Notes under the pieces: generated by a model
What the model was told of the DNA's origin: nothing
Database searches by the model: none
What the model saw: only the letters and a program-made list of their open reading frames with translations
Source: a virus
Taxonomy: Duplodnaviria > Caudoviricetes
Reading direction: 5' to 3' (one strand)
Length of the DNA stretch: 59,636 bases
Virus record (IMG/VR): IMGVR_UViG_3300011116_000547
Location: 1 to 59,636 of that record
Shown: one piece after another, positions 53,949 through 59,636 of the stretch
Numbering within the stretch: position 1 is the first letter of the stretch
Layout of the letters: every line of letters begins with the position of its first letter
Program-made: the position numbers and the translations under genes

Positions 53949-55604
53949 ATGGAGAAAGAATTTGCTGAGATATTCAGCGGACTAAAAAGAAATTTTGGTG
54001 TTGCTTATTTAGATGAATTTACAGTTGATCCTAATACAGGAAAGAAAAAACCAAAAAAATATGGATGGTCTTTTAAAGAGATAACTGAAAAACATTATCT
54101 AGATCATTTAAATGGTGTAACTTCTATTGGTATTCAACCATGTGATGATGATGGCATGGCAAGCTTTGGGGCTATTGATATTGATGATAAAGAACATAGT
54201 TATTCAAATTTTCCATATAAAAGATATTTAGATATTATAAAAGAAAACAATCTTCCATTAATTCCAGTTAAATCAAAAAGTGGAGGACTTCATTTATATT
54301 TATTTTTAAAAGAAAAAGTAAGAGCTGTATTTTTAAGAAATTTTTTAGAAAGTTTATTGTATGTTTTAAAATTGAAACCAAGTACAGAAGTATATCCGAA
54401 ACAAACTGAACTTGGATTTGATGAAGAGAAAAAAGAATATTCAAATGGTCAATATATAAATCTTCCATACTTTAATTGTAATGAAAGAGTTGCAATTAAT
54501 TATGATGGTACTCCTTTTACCGTAGAACAATTCATTAAAGTTGTTAATCATAACAAAAAAAGTAAACAAGAATTAGAAGAGTTTTCTCTCGCCCTAGTGA
54601 AAACTGTCTTACAAGGAGGTCCAGATGAATTTAATGATGGCCCTCCTTGTCTACAGATTATGGCTAAAGAACCATTGAGTGATGCTAGAGATAGATGGTT
54701 ATATAACTACATGGTGTTTGCTAAGAAAAAGTATCCTGATAATTGGCAAGAAGTTCTTAAAGCAGCTCCACAAAAATATTTTATAAAAGACTCTAATGGT
54801 GTTGTGTTAGATCATTGGGGATCAGAGAAAAAAATAATAGATAAAATCAGATCTTGGAAAAAAGATAATACAAAAGGTTATACATGCACTCAAGAACCTA
54901 TTGTTAATTTCTGTATGAAAGTTGAATGTCTTAAAAAGAAATATGGTGTTGGATCCGACAGAAAAAAAATGTTTCCACCATTATCTAATTTAGTAAAAAT
55001 AAATTATCCAGAACCAGAATATACTTTTAATGTTGAACTTCCAGATAATAAAGGAAGTAAAGTCATTAGAGCTAAAGATATGAAACAAATTAAAGATCAA
55101 GAAGAATTACGAACATTAATAATGAAGACAGCAAATATCTATGTTGCAAAAGTAAAAGGAGATGATTTTGAAAATGTTATTGCTAAGTTACTACCTCCAG
55201 TAGAGATACATCAACCACCTAAAGGAACAACACCAGATGAATTATTACATGAATACCTGGAAGAATATCTTAATGGACCAAAAGCAAAATCATATGCTTC
55301 TTTTAAATCCGGCGCTGTATTAGTAGAAGAAGGATTTGCATATTTTAAATTTGCAAACTTTTATAACACTTTAAAAAATAAAGAATGGAAAGAAAGAAAA
55401 GAAAGAACAGCTCAAAGAATAAAAGAAAGATATAAAGCAGAATTTGGAATTAAAAAAAGATTTCCGAAATTAAATAATGAAGCTGCAAATTATGAAGCAA
55501 TAGAAGTTGTAAAAATAAATTTAAAAGCTGAAGGAAATGAACTTTTAAAAGAAATAGTTAAAACAGAATTAGTTAAGATGAAAGGAAATAAAGACGTATT
55601 CTAA
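53949..55604 (+). CDS. AEP-type primase with PriL-like Cys region
   Basis: GAIDID, SKSGGLHLY, INLPY, PPC...C..C..C. Confidence 0.8.
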   Translation: MEKEFAEIFSGLKRNFGVAYLDEFTVDPNTGKKKPKKYGWSFKEITEKHYLDHLNGVTSIGIQPCDDDGMASFGAIDIDDKEHSYSNFPYKRYLDIIKENNLPLIPVKSKSGGLHLYLFLKEKVRAVFLRNFLESLLYVLKLKPSTEVYPKQTELGFDEEKKEYSNGQYINLPYFNCNERVAINYDGTPFTVEQFIKVVNHNKKSKQELEEFSLALVKTVLQGGPDEFNDGPPCLQIMAKEPLSDARDRWLYNYMVFAKKKYPDNWQEVLKAAPQKYFIKDSNGVVLDHWGSEKKIIDKIRSWKKDNTKGYTCTQEPIVNFCMKVECLKKKYGVGSDRKKMFPPLSNLVKINYPEPEYTFNVELPDNKGSKVIRAKDMKQIKDQEELRTLIMKTANIYVAKVKGDDFENVIAKLLPPVEIHQPPKGTTPDELLHEYLEEYLNGPKAKSYASFKSGAVLVEEGFAYFKFANFYNTLKNKEWKERKERTAQRIKERYKAEFGIKKRFPKLNNEAANYEAIEVVKINLKAEGNELLKEIVKTELVKMKGNKDVF

Positions 55605-57106
55605 TGATAAAGAAAGTATTAGGTCCTCCTGGAACAGGTAAAACAATGACATTATTGAATGAAGTTAATAATTATTTAATGAAGGGAGTTCCATTAAATA
55701 AGATAGGTTATTTTGCATTTACAAGAAAAGCTGCGGCAGAAGCAAGAGAAAGATTTTTAAACAAGCACAAAGATTATGTTAGAACCGATGTTAAATTTTT
55801 TCAAACACTTCATTCATTAGCCTTTCATACATTAGGCATGAGTGAAGAAAGTGTAATGCAACCAGTACATTATGAACAATTAGGAAAAGAATTAAGTATA
55901 AGAGTTAATTATTATTCAGAATCAGATGAAAGTGGTTATTTAAATTGTGATAATGAATACTTTAGATTGATTAATAAAGCACGAATCAAGGACACATCTA
56001 TTGAAGATGAATTCAATACTAATGAATGGAGTAGAGAGATTGATTTTGAAGTATTGAATCACATATATGAAAATTTTTTAAACTATAAAAAGTCTTATAA
56101 TCTTTATGATTATACAGACATGCTTACTCAATTTGTAAATAATAAAGATAAGTGCCCAACATTTGATGTTGTGTTTATTGACGAAGCACAAGACTTATCT
56201 CCTATTCAATGGAAAATGTTTGATATCTTAAATGAAAGATCAAAAGATATTTTTATAGCAGGAGATGATGATCAGGCTATCTTTGCATGGGCTGGAGCTG
56301 ATGTTAATAGATTTATTAATCAACCTGCAAAAGAAGAAGTATTACAACAATCAGTGCGTATACCACAAGCAGTTCAAGAGATTTCAAATATCGTGCTAGA
56401 TAGAATACAAGGTAATAGAAAAGAAAAAATTTATTTTCCTAAAAAAGATAAAGAAGGAAATATTGTGCAAGGAAAAGTAGAATCAATATTTAACTTTGAC
56501 AACATAGATATTAACAATGGTAAGTGGTTAATATTAACAAGAACTGTATATAGAGCTTTAGAAATATCAAATCAATTAAAACAAAATAATCTCTATTATA
56601 AAAATATGTATGGTAAAAGTTATGACAATAAACTTTATAAATCAGTTTTAAGGTGGACTTCTTTAACAGAAGGTAATGCAATATCAATTGCTGACTGTAA
56701 AGATTTATATGATTATTTAGAAGAAAATTTTAATGAAGATAAATTTAAAAATAAATTGACAGTTACTATTGACGATCTTGAATTTAACAAAGACATGAAA
56801 TGGTATGATGCCTTTGTAAATGTTGATCACAATGAAGAATTTTATATTAGAAGTATGTTATCTAATGGAGAAAGATTATCTGAAGAACCAAGAATAGAAG
56901 TATCAACCATTCATGCAGCAAAAGGTGGTGAATGTAAGAACGTTATTCTTGTATTAGATAATGCTAGAAAGATCAGAGAATCTACTTCTGAAAATGTAGA
57001 CAAACAAGATGAAGAGCACAGAGTTTGGTACGTTGGTGTAACAAGATCTATGGAAAATCTTTATTTATTTAAATCAAAAAAGGAAAGGTACGGTTATCAA
57101 CTATGA
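55604..57106 (+). CDS. UvrD/Rep superfamily-1 helicase
   Basis: GPPGTGKT, FTRKAA, DEAQD, GDDDQAIF, TIHAAKGGE, YVGVTR. Confidence 0.92.
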   Translation: MIKKVLGPPGTGKTMTLLNEVNNYLMKGVPLNKIGYFAFTRKAAAEARERFLNKHKDYVRTDVKFFQTLHSLAFHTLGMSEESVMQPVHYEQLGKELSIRVNYYSESDESGYLNCDNEYFRLINKARIKDTSIEDEFNTNEWSREIDFEVLNHIYENFLNYKKSYNLYDYTDMLTQFVNNKDKCPTFDVVFIDEAQDLSPIQWKMFDILNERSKDIFIAGDDDQAIFAWAGADVNRFINQPAKEEVLQQSVRIPQAVQEISNIVLDRIQGNRKEKIYFPKKDKEGNIVQGKVESIFNFDNIDINNGKWLILTRTVYRALEISNQLKQNNLYYKNMYGKSYDNKLYKSVLRWTSLTEGNAISIADCKDLYDYLEENFNEDKFKNKLTVTIDDLEFNKDMKWYDAFVNVDHNEEFYIRSMLSNGERLSEEPRIEVSTIHAAKGGECKNVILVLDNARKIRESTSENVDKQDEEHRVWYVGVTRSMENLYLFKSKKERYGYQL

Positions 57107-57315
57107 GTAACAAAGCATTTTTTAAACAAATAGGAGGAGCACATTATAAAAAATATGAAATACAACCCTCTTTATTTATCAACAAGAATAAGATACTGTT
57201 CGCTGAAGGCAATGCAATTAAATATATTTGCAGACACCAAGATAAAGGAAAGAAAGAAGATTTATTAAAAGCAATACATTATATACAAATGATTATTGAA
57301 AGGGATTACGAATGA
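57103..57315 (+). CDS. DUF3310 protein
   Basis: QIGGAHY..GNAIKYICR..K..EDLLKAIHY. Confidence 0.85.
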   Translation: MSNKAFFKQIGGAHYKKYEIQPSLFINKNKILFAEGNAIKYICRHQDKGKKEDLLKAIHYIQMIIERDYE

Positions 57316-59168
57316 AAGTACCTCTGTTTGAAGCACAAAAGGAATGGGTTGAACCGGAAGAATTTCCTGATCTAAGATCTTATGATGAGATTGCAGTAGA
57401 CTTAGAAACAAGAGATCCTGATTTAAAAAAGAAAGGATCTGGTTCTGTTATCGGTAATGGAGATGTTGTAGGTATAGCTGTTGCTGTACCAGGACGATCT
57501 TTTTATTTTCCAATAGCACACGGATCAGGTCCTAACATGGATCGTAAAAAAGTTTTATCTTGGTTTGCTGATACAATGGCTTCACCATCATTAAAAGTGT
57601 TTCATAATGCAATGTATGACGTATGTTGGATAAAGAAATTAGGTATTAAAATCAATGGTTTAATCGTAGATACTATGATTGCGGCCTCTTTAGTTGATGA
57701 AAACAGATTTAGATATTCTCTAAATGAATTGTCTTGGGACTTTCTTGGTTATGGTAAAAGTGAAGTTGCTTTGAACGAAGCAGCCAAATCTAGAGGATTA
57801 GATCCAAAAGAAGATTTATGGCAACTACCAGCAATGGAAGTTGGAGCTTATGCTGAAAAAGATGCTGAGCTTACATTAGAGCTATGGCAAATGTTTAAGA
57901 AAGAAATTGTTCATCAAGATATTGAATCCGTATTTAATTTAGAAACTGATTTGTTTCCATGTTTAGTTGATATGAGATTCAAAGGAGTAAGAGTTGATAT
58001 AGAACGTGCACACAAACTGAAACAACAGTTAACAGCACAAGAGAATGAATTGTTATTAAAAGTAAAACAAGAAACAGGGATAGAGCCGCAGATTTGGGCA
58101 GCAAGAAGCATTGCAAAAGTTTTTGATAAGCTTGGCTTACCTTATGACACAACTGAAAAATCATCAGCGCCTTCCTTTACAAAGAATTTTTTACAAGAAC
58201 ATCCTAACCCTATAGTGCAAATGATTGCTAAAGCAAGAGAAATCAATAAGGCTCATACAACTTTTATTGATACGATCATCAGATACGAGCACAAAGGTCG
58301 TATTCATGCAGAGATCAATCAAATAAGATCAGATCAAGGTGGAACTGTTACAGGACGATTTAGTTATAATAATCCAAACCTACAGCAACTTCCAGCAAGG
58401 AACAAGGATCTTGGACCATTGATTAGATCTTTATTCTTACCGGAAGAAAAACATACATGGGGTTGCTTTGACTATTCACAACAAGAACCAAGATTGGTTG
58501 TACACTATGCATCATTACATCAATTTCCTTCAGTATATCCTGTAATAGATTCTTATAAGAATAATCCTAATACAGACTTTCACCAGATTGTTGCTGATAT
58601 GGCAAACATTCCAAGATCACAAGCCAAAACTATTAACCTTGGTTTGTTTTATGGAATGGGTAAGACAAAACTTCAAGCTGAACTTGGTGTATCAAAAGAA
58701 AAAGCTGCAGAATTATTTGATCAGTATCATGCTAAGGTTCCATTTGTTAAACAGTTAATGAACTCTGCATCTAATAGAGCACAGGAACGTGGTCAGATTA
58801 GAACATTACTTGGTAGATTATGTAGGTTTCATTTATGGGAACCAAATAGTTTCGGTATGCATAAAGCCATGCCTCATGAAGAAGCACTCCAGGAACACGG
58901 ACCAGGGATTAAAAGAGCGTATACATACAAAGCTTTAAATAAATTAATTCAAGGTTCTGCTGCTGATATGACAAAAAAATCTATGTTGGAATTATATAAA
59001 GAAGGAATAGTTGCTCATATTCAAATTCATGATGAATTAGATTTATCAGTTGAATCTCCAGAACATGCTAAAAAAATTATTGATATAATGGAAAACGCAG
59101 TAGAACTCGATGTTCCAAACAAAGTAGATTATGAATCTGGTGAAACATGGGGTGATATATATGATTGA
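57312..59168 (+). CDS. polA: Family A DNA polymerase with 3'-5' exonuclease
   Basis: DLET, HNAMYD, TGRFS..PNLQQ, DYSQQEPR, KTINLGLFYG, IQGSAAD, IHDE. Confidence 0.96.
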   Translation: MKVPLFEAQKEWVEPEEFPDLRSYDEIAVDLETRDPDLKKKGSGSVIGNGDVVGIAVAVPGRSFYFPIAHGSGPNMDRKKVLSWFADTMASPSLKVFHNAMYDVCWIKKLGIKINGLIVDTMIAASLVDENRFRYSLNELSWDFLGYGKSEVALNEAAKSRGLDPKEDLWQLPAMEVGAYAEKDAELTLELWQMFKKEIVHQDIESVFNLETDLFPCLVDMRFKGVRVDIERAHKLKQQLTAQENELLLKVKQETGIEPQIWAARSIAKVFDKLGLPYDTTEKSSAPSFTKNFLQEHPNPIVQMIAKAREINKAHTTFIDTIIRYEHKGRIHAEINQIRSDQGGTVTGRFSYNNPNLQQLPARNKDLGPLIRSLFLPEEKHTWGCFDYSQQEPRLVVHYASLHQFPSVYPVIDSYKNNPNTDFHQIVADMANIPRSQAKTINLGLFYGMGKTKLQAELGVSKEKAAELFDQYHAKVPFVKQLMNSASNRAQERGQIRTLLGRLCRFHLWEPNSFGMHKAMPHEEALQEHGPGIKRAYTYKALNKLIQGSAADMTKKSMLELYKEGIVAHIQIHDELDLSVESPEHAKKIIDIMENAVELDVPNKVDYESGETWGDIYD

Positions 59169-59170
59169 TT

Positions 59171-59636
59171 ATGTCTTATCTTAATGCTAACATTCCGCCG
59201 ATTTATTGTAAGATAAGGAGAGAATATTTATATGACTTACGAAAACATAAAGGCGAAACTGAAGATTGTGTGGTCTTTGCTATTGCAAGTATTCCAGGGC
59301 GTGCAATCTTATTTCATGCTTTACTTACGAATGGTGCAATATATTGGAGGCTTCCTATCTCTGCTTTTGTTCAAAGAGGAAGCAGCAGTAGTATGCATAA
59401 AGGAAAAATGGAATCTCCAAATCTCGAAGATCTTGAGTTATGGAATTCATTTAGTTATTATCCTGCTATTACTACTTTTGATTTTTTAATCGGACAACGT
59501 TGTAAATATTTAAACAAAAATAAAAAATTTATTTATGGAGAATATCTATTCACAATTGATTGGGCTCATCCAGAACCTAACATCATCGATACTGAACATT
59601 CTGAAATTCCCGATCAGCATAAGTGTGCTCATGTAT
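59171..59636 (+). CDS. 5' part of junction-spanning conserved hypothetical protein
   Basis: MSYLNANIPPIYCKIRREYLYDL... stays open to the window end and joins 1-312 in frame. Confidence 0.85.
   Translation, partial: MSYLNANIPPIYCKIRREYLYDLRKHKGETEDCVVFAIASIPGRAILFHALLTNGAIYWRLPISAFVQRGSSSSMHKGKMESPNLEDLELWNSFSYYPAITTFDFLIGQRCKYLNKNKKFIYGEYLFTIDWAHPEPNIIDTEHSEIPDQHKCAHV
59510..59636 (+). repeat. Terminal direct repeat, right copy
   Basis: Identical to 1-127. Confidence 0.95.

Larger units (their letters stand above)
1..59636. mobile_element. Complete circularly permuted dsDNA tailed phage genome, podovirus-like, probably SAR11/alphaproteobacterial host
   Basis: Terminal 127-bp overlap; full set of packaging, head, tail, lysis and replication genes; no bacterial housekeeping genes. 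Host is inferred from AT-richness and gene style only. Confidence 0.93.

Noticed and set aside
1-59636. tRNA genes, integrase, stop-codon recoding
   Set aside because: No cloverleaf or recombinase motifs noticed by eye; genes are intact under the standard code.

Overview
The window is an apparently complete, circularly permuted, AT-rich dsDNA phage genome of about 59.5 kb. Bases 1-127 repeat exactly at 59510-59636, which looks like an assembly overlap, and one gene spans the junction. The gene content fits a short-tailed (podovirus-like) phage. It encodes TerL, portal, a GroES-like co-chaperonin, scaffold, major capsid, adaptor, nozzle, fibre and three ejection-type proteins. The replication block has a SNF2 helicase, SSB, primase, UvrD helicase and family-A polymerase (Leu762 type). 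I see no integrase, RNA polymerase or tRNA. The style resembles SAR11/pelagiphage-type viruses (inference only). Accessory genes include an AT-rich island of five 2OG-Fe(II) oxygenase-like genes, two glycosyltransferases, a SAM methyltransferase, an AdoMetDC-family decarboxylase, Hsp20, a GP88-like Fe-S protein and a GIY-YIG nuclease. The most notable unexplained signals are four. (1) Small head-region proteins and ejection proteins share short peptide tags (xxGG, RGQGR, a C-terminal K-x-Y). (2) A GC-rich 28-bp repeat with RegA-like palindromes brackets the early-gene modules between terS and terL. (3) Several structured RNA candidates occur, including a double-pseudoknot leader that can mask an RBS and a ~210-nt multi-stem leader. 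(4) A convergent iteron array with an IHF site lies at 7.4-7.7 kb.
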